This document shows positions 22,053 through 32,040 of a DNA stretch of 64,000 bases, in pieces (the first letter of the stretch is position 1; each line of letters begins with the position of its first letter). The stretch comes from an uncultured bacterium (GTDB taxonomy: Bacteria; Actinomycetota; Acidimicrobiia; Spongiisociales; UBA5794), in contig CAWDDT010000006.1 of NCBI GenBank assembly GCA_963801165.1, forward strand, positions 352,001-416,000, given 5' to 3'. Below the pieces are notes generated by a model that had not been told where the DNA came from, made no database searches, and saw only the letters and a program-made list of their open reading frames with translations. The position numbers and the translations under genes are program-made.

Positions 22053-23383
22053 CTCGTTTCATCCGTGTTCACCCCGAAGTGCCTGACAACAGCCGCCAGC
22101 ATCTGCTCGGTGAGCCCGACGCTGGTGACACCGACGCGCTCGTCGTTGCCGTGGAACATGGAAAGCGCCTCCGCAAAGCGCATGTCCTCCTCGAAGAGTC
22201 CGACGCCGTAGCAGGTCACGCCGCGGTGCCGGAAGAACCGCCCGTCGGTGAGCACCGGCGTCAGCATCGGTACCAGCCGTGCCGGTCCGGCCAGCTCGTC
22301 GGCGGCGGCCCCGATCGCATCCCACAACGGCCCGCTCGGTGCCGATTCGTTTGCGGGGAAGTCCAGGTCATCGATGATCTCGATTCGGTCGTACAGAGCA
22401 GGGCCGAGCGCCTTGCGGAACATGTCGTCCAACGTGGTCTGATCCTGCCCCGGGGTGAGACGCACATCGAGACTCGCCGAGCCGAGATCCGGGATGGTGT
22501 TCTGCTTCTCTCCCGAGTGCATCAGAGTGGGGGCCACCGTCAGGTGCGTGCAGGCATGCACCCACCGGGCGAAGGCGGGGTCGTCCAGCTCCTCGATGGC
22601 CGCATCGAGCAGGTCCGGATCGGTCAACCGAATCACCAACTCGTCGGGCAGCCCGATGGAGGTGATGAACTCGATCCAGCCGGGCGAAATGTCCACCGGC
22701 GCCGGCGTCCCGGCCAGCCTGGTGATCGCCTCGGCCATGCCAACCAGCGCATTGTCCGTACCGTACGGCTGGCTCCCGTGACCGGGGGTACCGCCGAGCC
22801 GAAGCGAGCGCCACGCCGGACCTTTCTCGGCCACCGTCACAGGCAACGTCAACCCGGTCTCAGTGCGAAAACCGGGGGTGGCGACCTCGGTCAACAGGTA
22901 GTCACAGGCGACCAGATCCCAGTGCTCCGCGACGAGGTGCCCGGCACCGTACTTCCCGCCGGCCTCCTCGTCGGCGACCGCGGCAAAGATCAGATCACCG
23001 GGCAGCGGCGGAAGCTCCCCAGTCAGATACCGACGGAATACAGCGGCCATCGCCGCCGTCAGGTTCAGCATGTCGACGGCACCCCGGCCCCAAACGAACC
23101 CGTCGATGATCTCGGCCCCGAACGGGTCGTGACGCCAGCTCGCCTCCGTGACGGGCACAACGTCGAGGTGGGGCAAAAGAGCCAACGCGGGGGCGTCACG
23201 GTCACGACCCGGCACTCGATACACCACGTTCTGGCGCCCCGGATGCGGTTCGACGATCTCACCTGCCACACCGAAGAAGTCGATCAGCGTCGCTACCGAG
23301 CGGTGCTCGAACCCTGAGTCGGCCGTGCCGTCGTTGACGCAGCGATTGCGGATCAGCTGCTGGAGAAGGGAGACGGTTGTCAT
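22049..23383 (-). CDS. M20/M25/M40 family metallohydrolase
   Basis: HLDVVP, WGRGAVDM, DEEAGG, HGNDER. Confidence 0.92.
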   Translation of the reverse strand: MTTVSLLQQLIRNRCVNDGTADSGFEHRSVATLIDFFGVAGEIVEPHPGRQNVVYRVPGRDRDAPALALLPHLDVVPVTEASWRHDPFGAEIIDGFVWGRGAVDMLNLTAAMAAVFRRYLTGELPPLPGDLIFAAVADEEAGGKYGAGHLVAEHWDLVACDYLLTEVATPGFRTETGLTLPVTVAEKGPAWRSLRLGGTPGHGSQPYGTDNALVGMAEAITRLAGTPAPVDISPGWIEFITSIGLPDELVIRLTDPDLLDAAIEELDDPAFARWVHACTHLTVAPTLMHSGEKQNTIPDLGSASLDVRLTPGQDQTTLDDMFRKALGPALYDRIEIIDDLDFPANESAPSGPLWDAIGAAADELAGPARLVPMLTPVLTDGRFFRHRGVTCYGVGLFEEDMRFAEALSMFHGNDERVGVTSVGLTEQMLAAVVRHFGVNTDETR

Positions 23384-23853
23384 CGGTCGTGACGGTACAT
23401 CGTTATCCGCCGGGCCGTGAACCCGGCCGCTTCGAAGAAGTTCTTGGCGAGACGATGACCGGGCGAGACGATGGCGTCGAAGCGGCTCAGCCCTCGGCAG
23501 CGGAACCACGCCATCAAGCCGGCCAGCATTGCCTCACCAACCCCGACCATACGTGCGTCCTCTTCGACGTAGATCATCCGCACCACCCCGATCTCCTCGC
23601 CTCCGGCTTGAGGCAGCAGCGGCTCGACGGTACCCAGGGCGAAACCAAAAACAATATCGTCGATCGTTCCCACCACAAGATGAGCGTTGCGGTCATCGAG
23701 GAGACGGTGCAGCGTCTCCAGCGGTGGTTCGGCCAACCCGTCGGCCAGCGCCCAGGCCTCGCGCAGCGATACCTGCTCGTCCGCTGCGGGACCATAGAGC
23801 TCGGCGACCCGAACCAGGTCGTCGCCGGTCGCCGGCCTTTGGTCGATCTCCAT
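23380..23853 (-). CDS. GNAT family N-acetyltransferase
   Basis: IYVEEDARMVGVG, KNFFEAAGF. Confidence 0.85.
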   Translation of the reverse strand: MEIDQRPATGDDLVRVAELYGPAADEQVSLREAWALADGLAEPPLETLHRLLDDRNAHLVVGTIDDIVFGFALGTVEPLLPQAGGEEIGVVRMIYVEEDARMVGVGEAMLAGLMAWFRCRGLSRFDAIVSPGHRLAKNFFEAAGFTARRITMYRHDR

Positions 23854-23888
23854 GTCCGCTCCCTCTAGCTGGCCTGCCGGGGAGGACA

Positions 23889-24608
23889 CTACCCCTTCGA
23901 TCTGAACAGACTCCTGAGCCCCCATTTGGTCACGAGCAGCATCGCCTCGACAGCGATACGACTGCCCATCTTCGACGTGCCCCTGGCGCGGTCACGGAAA
24001 ACGATCGGGACCTCGCGGATATCGAACCCGCGCTGCGCCGCCCGCCACGCCAGCTCGACCTGGAACCCGTAGCCCGACGCCTCGCACCGGGCAAAATCGA
24101 GCTTGCGCAACGCATCGGCGCGGAACGCCCGAAAGCCTGCCGTCATGTCGTTGACACCGGAACGCAGCATCGCCCGGGCATAGAGGTTGCCACCCCGCGA
24201 CAACCAGCGGCGATGCCACGGCCAGTTCTCGACACCTCCGCCCGCGACGTACCGGCTGCCGATGGCAAGGTCCGCACCGTTCCCGACCGCATCGATCAGC
24301 CGGGGCAGATCCGCCGGGTTGTGCGAGAAATCGGCGTCCATCTCGCAGATCACTTCCGCACCATGGGCGAGGGCATATTCAAACCCCGCCGCATATGCGG
24401 GACCCAGACCCGCCTTCTCAGCCCGGTGCAACACCGCAATGCCCGGATCAGCTTCGGCGAGCTTGTCGGCGATCTCACCGGTCCCATCGGGGGACCCGTC
24501 GTCGACTACCAGCAGCCGGAGGCCCAGGTCACGAACCGCAGCCGCAATAAGGGCGATGTTCTCTGCTTCGTTATACGTGGGAACGACTACGACTGTGTCA
24601 GTCCGCAC
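23889..24608 (-). CDS. ppm1: Polyprenol monophosphomannose synthase (GT2)
   Basis: VPTYNEAEN, VDDGSPDGTG, MDADFSH, GYGFQVE. Confidence 0.9.
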   Translation of the reverse strand: MRTDTVVVVPTYNEAENIALIAAAVRDLGLRLLVVDDGSPDGTGEIADKLAEADPGIAVLHRAEKAGLGPAYAAGFEYALAHGAEVICEMDADFSHNPADLPRLIDAVGNGADLAIGSRYVAGGGVENWPWHRRWLSRGGNLYARAMLRSGVNDMTAGFRAFRADALRKLDFARCEASGYGFQVELAWRAAQRGFDIREVPIVFRDRARGTSKMGSRIAVEAMLLVTKWGLRSLFRSKG

Positions 24609-25056
24609 AGTCGAGGCAGATTCGCTTGCGTTTGTTCGCCAGCTGCGAGGTCTTCTTCACCAGGTAGCAAGACGTGCAGACAAACTCGTTGGCGCCGGCG
24701 CCGCCGGCTTCGCTCGCTTCGATCGAGATCTGAGCGCGCCGGATGTCACGCAGCTGTTTCGCCTCGTCGGCCTCGATCGTCTCGGATGCCTCGTCCTCGG
24801 TGAGCATCTCGAGCTCTTCGGCCTCGAGGTCGTCGAGCGCCTCGGTGTCCTCGTCGTCATCCGGCACACCGGGCTCGTCGTCCTCATCATCGTCATCGTC
24901 GGCGACGAGGCTTTCGTCGTCGAGGAGGACATCATCTTCATCCACGGCGTCGTCGTCGAAGATCTCGTCCGGCACGTCCTCTTCGAGATCATCCGGCATC
25001 TCATCTTCGAGATCATCCGGCAACTCGTCTTCGATATCCATCTCGTTGGTAGACAT
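24598..25056 (-). CDS. DUF4193-like acidic protein with C-terminal Cys4 zinc ribbon
   Basis: Long D/E-rich tract then NEFVCTSCYLVK...ICLDC. Confidence 0.8.
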   Translation of the reverse strand: MSTNEMDIEDELPDDLEDEMPDDLEEDVPDEIFDDDAVDEDDVLLDDESLVADDDDDEDDEPGVPDDDEDTEALDDLEAEELEMLTEDEASETIEADEAKQLRDIRRAQISIEASEAGGAGANEFVCTSCYLVKKTSQLANKRKRICLDCAD

Positions 25057-25127
25057 GGCACCTCTCATCGCGGCGGGGAGTATATCTACGGCGTAACCGT
25101 TCCCAACCACCTTTTCGGTGGCTCTCC

Positions 25128-26012
25128 TCAAATCTTGAACTCAATCGCGGCGGGCAGCACAGTAACCGAAATCGGGCCGAACCCCAGCCGCTCGCCATCT
25201 GCCTCGACCGGCCAGTCGGGCGGCGCGTGGATTATGACATCTTTCCCGGTCGTCCGCCGCAGATTGCGGTGCTGTAGATGCATCCCTCGGACTACCCGCG
25301 GCATCACGCTGAAAGCCTTGCGGCGCGGCCCCGAGAAGACCTGTACATCGACAATACCGTCGCCCGCGCTGGCGCGGGGAGCAATGTTCATTCCCCCGCC
25401 GAAGAACTGCCCGTTGGCCACCACCACCTCGATCGCTTGCCCCGAGATCCTCCTCTTCCCGTCTACATCCACGTCGACAACGGCCGGGCCGAACAGGGGA
25501 AGCGCCAGCCAGAAGGCGATCGCATAGCGCTTCTCCCCCACCCACCTCGGCATACGGAGTGCGGTCGTCACCGCCGCGGCGCCGACCCCCAGCTCGATAG
25601 CGTTGAGGGCGTACACGGTGCCGAAGCCGGCATCGATGCGCATCACGTCGGTCGGATACCACGCTTCCGTCGCCAGGTGACCGGCGACGCCTTCGATAGT
25701 CCTGGGTAGGGCAAACGTCCTGATGAAGTCGGAGCCGCTGCCTGCAGGCAGGATCGCCAAACCGGGCGGTTGCTCCCACTGTTGCCCCATCAAACCGTTG
25801 AGAACGAGATGCGCGGTGCCGTCGCCCCCGACACCGGCAAACTTCCGTACCCCTGCCTGCCTGCCTCTGGCCACTATCTCGCCCACGTCCTGGGGCCGGG
25901 CCGACTCGTGGATCTCGAAGACGACGCCTGCCCTGGTGAGCGCGGCGTCGACACGGGCGACGAGGTCCTGCCTTCTCCCCGCCGCAGGGTTCACTATCAC
26001 CCACCAGGTCAC
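25128..26012 (-). CDS. Diacylglycerol kinase family lipid kinase
   Basis: IVNPAAG, GGDGT, LPAGSGSDF, NGQFFGGG. Confidence 0.92.
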   Translation of the reverse strand: MTWWVIVNPAAGRRQDLVARVDAALTRAGVVFEIHESARPQDVGEIVARGRQAGVRKFAGVGGDGTAHLVLNGLMGQQWEQPPGLAILPAGSGSDFIRTFALPRTIEGVAGHLATEAWYPTDVMRIDAGFGTVYALNAIELGVGAAAVTTALRMPRWVGEKRYAIAFWLALPLFGPAVVDVDVDGKRRISGQAIEVVVANGQFFGGGMNIAPRASAGDGIVDVQVFSGPRRKAFSVMPRVVRGMHLQHRNLRRTTGKDVIIHAPPDWPVEADGERLGFGPISVTVLPAAIEFKI

Positions 26013-28507
26013 GCCCGACCTCCTACGGCAACCACGCCGCGGTCGACGGCGGCGATACCCCGGGCGGCGGCCGTCCGCAACCCCGGGAACCCGTCCCGCA
26101 GCTGTCTCATCACGTCGATGAGCTGACGGCAGTTGCGCACGAAGTCCCCAGCAACGAGATCGTCGCCGAACAGGTCCTCGAGGTCGTGGCCGGCTGCCCA
26201 GGCGTGCGCCGTCGCCGCAAAGCCCGGCTCCGGCAGTCGCGACTCGGGAAGACCCGCCTTGCGCTCGGCGGCGATGAGCTGGCCCGCGAGCGCTTCGATC
26301 TGTTCCACCCGGGCGACCACGGCGCCCGGCGGAGCCGCCTCCGGACCTTCGGCTCTGCGCGCCTCATATGTGAACAATGTGGTGAGCGCGGCCAGGTGGG
26401 CACCATCGAGATCGTCGAACAAACCCCGCGCTACGGACTCGACCAGCAGCAGGTCGAGCTCGTTGTAGACGAAGCGCAACTGTTTGCCCTTGTCCGTCAG
26501 CGACCACCCACGCACGCAGCCCCATTCCTCGAGCAAAGTCAAGATAGAGCGGAATGTAGCAACCAAACCCTCTTCGGTGCGCTCGAGACGCCGCCGGAGA
26601 CGGCGCACATCCTTGTCCGCCTGCTGGAATCTGCGCACCGCTGAGAGATGCTCGGCTAGCCGCGGGCAACGACCAACCCCGTCGGAGGCCCCGGCGTGCT
26701 CCCGTACCACGAACCCCGGGTCGGGTACCCACTCCCGTAGCCGCCGCGCCACGCTGCTGCGATATCCCCCGTCCCGGGACCGAACCGGCTCGGGCAGCTC
26801 CAGCCGACCGACGATTGCCACCATGGGGTTGAGGTGGTCGGCGCTGATCCGGTGTTCCTCCCCCACCGGGTCGACAAACGCCATACGGGGATTCGCCCCC
26901 CAGCCGCGCGCCAGCAGCACCCAGGGCCCGGCGGCGTCCGGCCCTTGAGTGACCACATCACCCTCGTGCAGCTGCTGGGCGAAGTCGCGCAGCGTCTGCC
27001 CCAGGTTCAGCGGCGCACCTTCGGCGCTCTCGACGAACGTCCAGATGTCTCCCCGCTCGCACCCGGCCGCCGACCGGAAATGGGCGGCCTCCTCCTCGCG
27101 CTCCCGCAGGTGCTCTTCGAGCTCGGACCGCCGGTGGGCAGATCGGAATTCGGCAAACGAGGCACCGAGGAGACGCTCGGCAGCCTCCTGGGTGTAGTTC
27201 GCAATCAGGTTCGCCGCCATGTTGTACGTGGGCTGGAAGCTCGACACCAGCGGATGGCTGCCCTCAGCAGCAATGGCAGCGACCCGCTCGAAGGGCACGT
27301 CGAAGTTGTGCAGCACCACCGCAGTCCCCATCGTGTCGATTCCCCGCCGGCCCGCCCTTCCGGTCAGCTGGGTGTAGTCACCCGGCTGGATGATCTCGTG
27401 CGCCTCGCCGTTGAACTTGGAGAGACGTTCCAGCACCACGGTACGGGCGGGCATGTTGATCCCGAGCGAGAGGGTCTCGGTGGCAAAGACCAGCTTCACC
27501 AAACCGGCGGAGAAGAGATCTTCCACCGTCTCCTTGAAGGCCGGCACCATCCCGGCGTGGTGTGCGGCTACGCCCCGCTCCAGCCGCTCCAGCCAGGTCG
27601 CGTATCCGAGCGCGTGGAGGTCGCGCTCCGGGAGGTGCTCGGTGAGCGCCGACACCCGCTCCCTGATCTCGGCCCGCTCCTCGTCCGAGGTGAGGGCGTG
27701 GGCGCCGGCAACCAGGTCCGCCGCCTGGTCACAGCCCGCACGCGAGAAGATGAAGTAGATAGCAGGCAGCAACCCGCTGTCCCGTAGCTCCTCGGCCACC
27801 TCGAGCCGACGAGGTGCCGCAAAGCGGCGGTACCGCCCTCTCCCCTTCTGGAGCATCCGGACCACCTCGGGATTCGCCTTCTTGCCCCGGAACACGGGCA
27901 GCATCGCCACCACACCTTCCCGATGGCGGTCCTTGACCATGTACATGCTCTCCAGCGGCACGGGCCGGTGTGTCTCGACCACCAGTTCGGTTTCCCCTCC
28001 CCGCCTGCTCCTCACCCACGCCGTGAACTCCCCGGGATTGGCGATCGTCGCAGAAAGACACACGAGGGGGACGCGCTGGGGAAGATGGATGATGACCTCC
28101 TCCCACACCGAGCCCCGGTATCGGTTCTGCAGATAGTGGACCTCGTCGAGGATCACGACGGCCAGACCCTCGAGTGCATGCGACTCTGCGTAGATCATGT
28201 TGCGGAGTACTTCGGTGGTCATCACGACAATCGGAGCGTCGCCGTTTATCACGTTGTCGCCGGTGAGCAGCCCGACGCGGGCCTCCCCATACGCAGCACA
28301 GAAGTCGCCGTACTTCTGGTTCGAGAGGGCCTTGATCGGTGTCGTGTAGAAGGCACGCCCGCCCCCGGCCACCGCCAGGGAGACGGCTTGCTCGGCAATG
28401 TATGTCTTCCCGGCACCGGTCGGCGCCACGACAACAACCGACTTGCCCGCCTCGATGTGAGCCACCGCCTCGGTCTGGAACGGATCGGGGGTGATTGTGC
28501 CCGTCAT
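26009..28507 (-). CDS. helY: Ski2-like DEAD/DEAH helicase HelY
   Basis: APTGAGKT, DEVHY, LSAT, QLTGRAGRRG; follows tatC. Confidence 0.93.
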   Translation of the reverse strand: MTGTITPDPFQTEAVAHIEAGKSVVVVAPTGAGKTYIAEQAVSLAVAGGGRAFYTTPIKALSNQKYGDFCAAYGEARVGLLTGDNVINGDAPIVVMTTEVLRNMIYAESHALEGLAVVILDEVHYLQNRYRGSVWEEVIIHLPQRVPLVCLSATIANPGEFTAWVRSRRGGETELVVETHRPVPLESMYMVKDRHREGVVAMLPVFRGKKANPEVVRMLQKGRGRYRRFAAPRRLEVAEELRDSGLLPAIYFIFSRAGCDQAADLVAGAHALTSDEERAEIRERVSALTEHLPERDLHALGYATWLERLERGVAAHHAGMVPAFKETVEDLFSAGLVKLVFATETLSLGINMPARTVVLERLSKFNGEAHEIIQPGDYTQLTGRAGRRGIDTMGTAVVLHNFDVPFERVAAIAAEGSHPLVSSFQPTYNMAANLIANYTQEAAERLLGASFAEFRSAHRRSELEEHLREREEEAAHFRSAAGCERGDIWTFVESAEGAPLNLGQTLRDFAQQLHEGDVVTQGPDAAGPWVLLARGWGANPRMAFVDPVGEEHRISADHLNPMVAIVGRLELPEPVRSRDGGYRSSVARRLREWVPDPGFVVREHAGASDGVGRCPRLAEHLSAVRRFQQADKDVRRLRRRLERTEEGLVATFRSILTLLEEWGCVRGWSLTDKGKQLRFVYNELDLLLVESVARGLFDDLDGAHLAALTTLFTYEARRAEGPEAAPPGAVVARVEQIEALAGQLIAAERKAGLPESRLPEPGFAATAHAWAAGHDLEDLFGDDLVAGDFVRNCRQLIDVMRQLRDGFPGLRTAAARGIAAVDRGVVAVGGRA

Positions 28508-29211
28508 TTATGGAGGATGAATCTGATGGAAAGGATCGAAAGCTCGTAGAGGATGTACATCGGTGTCGACAGCAGGGCGAGGCTGAGCGGGTCGCCGCCC
28601 GGTGTCAGCAGCGCGGCTGCGATGACAACGAACAAGAACGCCCAACGTCGCTGCCTGCGGAGCGTATGGCTGGAGACGAGACCAAGGGCGGCGGCAGCAA
28701 AGATGAACACCGGATACTGGAACGCTATGCCGAAAGCCAGCAGGAAGCGCATGGCGAAGCTGAAATAGTAATTGACCCCGATCGTCTCTCGCAGCAGACC
28801 GCCGCCAAAGCTGAAGAGGACCCGCAGTGCGAGGGGCAGTGTGTAGTAGCCGAGCGCGATCCCGGCCACGAACAGCAGCGCCATGACCCCCGAGAGGGGG
28901 TACACGTAGCGCCGCTCCCGCTTGGTCAAGGCAGGTCCGATGAAGCGCCAGATCTGGTAGATGATCACCGGGCTGGCCAGGATCACACCGCCGAACAGCG
29001 CCACGCGCAACGCCAGCGAGATCGGTTCGGTCGGTTGGAAGAAGGCAAGTGGCTGGTCGGTGGCGTCGGAGTATGGCTTTGCCAGGAGGTCGAGGATCGG
29101 CACGTAGAGAATGAACCCGACGACGCTGCCCAGCGCCACCGCGACCGCGGACTTGATGACGCGCGAGCGCAGCTCTCTCAGGTGATTCATCAGCGGCATG
29201 CGAGCTGCCAT
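28504..29211 (-). CDS. tatC: Twin-arginine translocase subunit TatC
   Basis: MPLMNHLRELRSR, YQIWRFIGPAL, FGIAFQYP, TPGGDP. Confidence 0.96.
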   Translation of the reverse strand: MAARMPLMNHLRELRSRVIKSAVAVALGSVVGFILYVPILDLLAKPYSDATDQPLAFFQPTEPISLALRVALFGGVILASPVIIYQIWRFIGPALTKRERRYVYPLSGVMALLFVAGIALGYYTLPLALRVLFSFGGGLLRETIGVNYYFSFAMRFLLAFGIAFQYPVFIFAAAALGLVSSHTLRRQRRWAFLFVVIAAALLTPGGDPLSLALLSTPMYILYELSILSIRFILHK

Positions 29212-29609
29212 CAGCCGTCAGACCCGTCGCCGGCATCCGCCGGATCGTCATCCTTGGTTTCAGAAGACGCCGTCTCGGGTTCACCGAGCTTGGACTCGAT
29301 TTCCTCCTTCGCCTCCGCCAGCTGCTCCTCGAGCTCCTTCTTGGCGCGAGCTATGTCGTCGTTCAAAGAGGCCATCGACGACTCGAGATCCGTCTTCATC
29401 CCCATCAGCTCCCGACGCACGTCCTGGATGGGCTTGGCCACTTCGTTCCATTCCTCCTCGTACTCCTGACGGAGATCGGTGACCATGCCCCGCGCCTTCC
29501 GCACAAACTGGCCCGTCTTGCGCGCCATCTCCGGCAGCCGATCCGGGCCAAACACGATGAGGATGATGACCACGATGGTCACGATCTCGGACAGGGAGAG
29601 GTTCGCCAT
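29211..29609 (-). CDS. tatB: Twin-arginine translocase TatA/B family subunit, TatB-like
   Basis: TM helix then FGPDRLP, amphipathic helix, long acidic tail. Confidence 0.8.
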   Translation of the reverse strand: MANLSLSEIVTIVVIILIVFGPDRLPEMARKTGQFVRKARGMVTDLRQEYEEEWNEVAKPIQDVRRELMGMKTDLESSMASLNDDIARAKKELEEQLAEAKEEIESKLGEPETASSETKDDDPADAGDGSDG

Positions 29610-29677
29610 ACGACCGGAAATGGTAGTTGTCCGTTCGACCTGCGTAGCGGTCGAGGCCCCGCTCCCGCCCAACGAGA

Positions 29678-29704
29678 AAGCGCCGGTCGTTGTGACCGGC
29701 GCTT
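29678..29704 (-). terminator. Intrinsic terminator after the zinc-ribbon gene
   Basis: AAGCGCCGGTC-N5-GACCGGCGCTT with pyrimidine tail on minus strand. Confidence 0.7.
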
Positions 29705-29730
29705 CGGGGAGTATGGGCTGGGGGTGGTTC

Positions 29731-30024
29731 TCAGCTGGTAGCCAGCTCTGAGAACCAGTCGTCGCTGTCTAGAGAGGACACGAAACCGTCGATCTCGGTC
29801 TCGGTGATGGGGCCGGTGGTAGCGATGATGTCATACTCGACACCGGTCGCCAGGAGGATGCTCACGACCCGGTGATTGGCCGGACGGCGCTGAGTGATTC
29901 CGCAGAAGGGGCAGGAAAACCTGTAGGTTCCGCTTGATGTCTCCGAGCTGAGCTCGAGACCGATGTCGGCAGTAGTGAGTTCTACGTCGCCGCAGCGGTT
30001 GCACGTAGTTCTGATCGTGGTCAT
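29731..30024 (-). CDS. Hypothetical zinc-ribbon protein (CxxC...CxxC)
   Basis: MTTIRTTCNRCGDVEL...YRFSCPFC; purine-rich RBS before ATG 30024. Confidence 0.8.
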   Translation of the reverse strand: MTTIRTTCNRCGDVELTTADIGLELSSETSSGTYRFSCPFCGITQRRPANHRVVSILLATGVEYDIIATTGPITETEIDGFVSSLDSDDWFSELATS

Positions 30025-30086
30025 TTGCCCTACTCCAGTGAGCGTATGTTTCTCTCCCTTGACATCGGCAAAACGACCCGCCGCTA

Positions 30087-30111
30087 AATGACTATTTGCA
30101 GGGTAGTCATT
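30087..30111. promoter_or_regulatory. Inverted repeat, candidate operator
   Basis: AATGACTA-N9-TAGTCATT between pafC stop and the zinc-ribbon gene. Confidence 0.5.
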
Positions 30112-30130
30112 CGGAGTAGCCCGGGGTTCG

Positions 30131-31066
30131 TCACCCCTGTTCACCATATCGGGCGAGGATCCGGCCGCGCAGGTCCGCGGCCCTGGCGGCAACTTCGTCG
30201 CCTTCAACTAGCTCCACCGACCGTCCCAGCCGCACCAGCAACCGGGCGATGACCGAGGCATCAGACGCAGAGAAGCGAACCTCCAGCCCGGAACTCGTGT
30301 CCCGAACCGTCTCGACCGGGTAGTACGACGCAACCCAGCGGGCCTCGTCGTGGAGCCGGATGACGGCACGGACATCCTCCTCGGCGGGCATGTAGCCGAT
30401 CTCGGGAGTGATGTCACGGTCGGGTGGCTCAAAGCGCTCATCTGTTGTCTTCAGGGTCCTGATGCGATCGACCCGGAACACTCGCTCCGCCGCCGCCGAC
30501 CGGCAGTACGCTCTGACGTACCAGTTGCCCAGAGTGCTGAACACCACCCAAGGTTCGATGTCGCGGGTTGTCGTTTTCCCGGTCGCCAGCGCCGTGTAGA
30601 CGATCTCCACGACCGTCCGCTCCTGCGCCGCCCTACGCAGTTCGGAGACAAGAGGCGGCTCCGCCAGATCGACGACCAGGTTCCCCTCGTCACCGCCGAG
30701 AACCGACCTCTGAAGTTTGTCGATGGCCCCGCGCAGCGCCGCGGGGGCCTGGCCCGTCGACAGCAGCGCCATCCCGGCCGCCAACAGGTAGAGCGCTTCG
30801 GGTGGAGTGAGCCGGATCGGGTTGGCGAAGTAGTCGGCCAGTTCGACCACGACCTCGTCCTCGTCGATGTAGGCCACCATGAGATCGCCCGGGCCGTAAC
30901 CGGGCAGCCCGCAAACGAAAACCAGGTTGAGATCTGCGGCAAGCTCCGCGCTGGTATAGCCGAACCGCTCGCAGACCTCGTCGACGGTGCTGCCGGGGTT
31001 GGCGATGACCCAGGGCAGCATGGCGAGGAGGCGGTTCAGCCGTTTCGCGGTCTTCGGGCTCGTCAT
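30131..31066 (-). CDS. pafC: WYL-domain regulator PafC
   Basis: RLNRLLAMLPW, VCGLPGYGPGDL, WYV...FRVDRI. Confidence 0.93.
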   Translation of the reverse strand: MTSPKTAKRLNRLLAMLPWVIANPGSTVDEVCERFGYTSAELAADLNLVFVCGLPGYGPGDLMVAYIDEDEVVVELADYFANPIRLTPPEALYLLAAGMALLSTGQAPAALRGAIDKLQRSVLGGDEGNLVVDLAEPPLVSELRRAAQERTVVEIVYTALATGKTTTRDIEPWVVFSTLGNWYVRAYCRSAAAERVFRVDRIRTLKTTDERFEPPDRDITPEIGYMPAEEDVRAVIRLHDEARWVASYYPVETVRDTSSGLEVRFSASDASVIARLLVRLGRSVELVEGDEVAARAADLRGRILARYGEQG

Positions 31067-31980
31067 AGCCCCTCCGTCACCCGCTCGATGAGGCGTCTCC
31101 GCAACTCTGGCGGGTCGAGCAGCTCGGCCTTCTCTTCAAATGCGAGGACCCAGCCGATGAACGCCTCCGGGTTGGCGACCGGCAATTCGACCTCGATGCC
31201 ACCGTCTGGCGTCTCCACCACACTGCCCCGTGTGCCGATTTGACGCCGCGCCCACCAAGCCATTTCGGGATCGACACGAACCGTCGCCATCTGCTCCTCG
31301 CCACCGGCTTCCCAGGCGGTTTCCGGGATGAACTCGGAGGCGCGGAAGCCGGCGGGACGCTCGAACGCCTTCGGCGTCTCCCCGGCGGACACCGCCCCGG
31401 CCCTGTCCATCCGGAACACCTTCACCACCCCGTCGTCGGCGCCTACGAGATACCAGTGGCCACGGCGGTGCACCAGACCGTAAGCGGCAACCCGCCGGGG
31501 ACGCCCCCGGTAGGTCAAGCGGAGAAACCGACGTTCGGCGATCGCCAGAAACGCGGTGCCGAGGTCTTCGGAGCCCTCCGCGAGCGAGGCCGCCAGCGGC
31601 TCTCCGGACACGACGGCCGGCGCTCCGCCGAGTTTGAACAACGCCTCGGGGGCAGCCACCCCACCCAGCCGCACGACCTCGGCCGCCAGCCACAGCGCAG
31701 CCCGCTCCTCGTCGGTGAGACCGGGATCGGGCAGGGCATATGCCTCCGGATCCACAACATAGCCGTGCTCGACTTGCCAACCGTCGGTGGGCGCCAGCTC
31801 GATCGGAATGCCCAGCCGGCGCAGCAGGTCCTTGTCCCGCTCGAACATACGGTGGAAAGCGTCGTCGGTGCTCTGGTCGTAACCGGCGATCGTGGTGCGG
31901 ATCTCCTCGGCCGTGACCGGCCGGTTGGCCGTCAGCAGGTAGGCGAGCAGGTTGAGGATTCGTTCGATGACTTTGTGCAC
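31063..31980 (-). CDS. pafB: WYL-domain regulator PafB
   Basis: ERILNLLAYLL, FHRMFERDKDLLR, GHWYLVG, FRMDR. Confidence 0.93.
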   Translation of the reverse strand: MHKVIERILNLLAYLLTANRPVTAEEIRTTIAGYDQSTDDAFHRMFERDKDLLRRLGIPIELAPTDGWQVEHGYVVDPEAYALPDPGLTDEERAALWLAAEVVRLGGVAAPEALFKLGGAPAVVSGEPLAASLAEGSEDLGTAFLAIAERRFLRLTYRGRPRRVAAYGLVHRRGHWYLVGADDGVVKVFRMDRAGAVSAGETPKAFERPAGFRASEFIPETAWEAGGEEQMATVRVDPEMAWWARRQIGTRGSVVETPDGGIEVELPVANPEAFIGWVLAFEEKAELLDPPELRRRLIERVTEGL

Positions 31981-32040
31981 GGCGCCGACATTAGACCCCT
32001 ACGTAAGGCATCGATGCAAGGGTCTCGACGCCGCTGCCGT

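Noticed and set aside
19347-22211. 954-aa plus-strand ORF
   Set aside because: Overlaps tlyA, rhomboid and HAD genes and has no motifs; shadow ORF of GC-rich DNA
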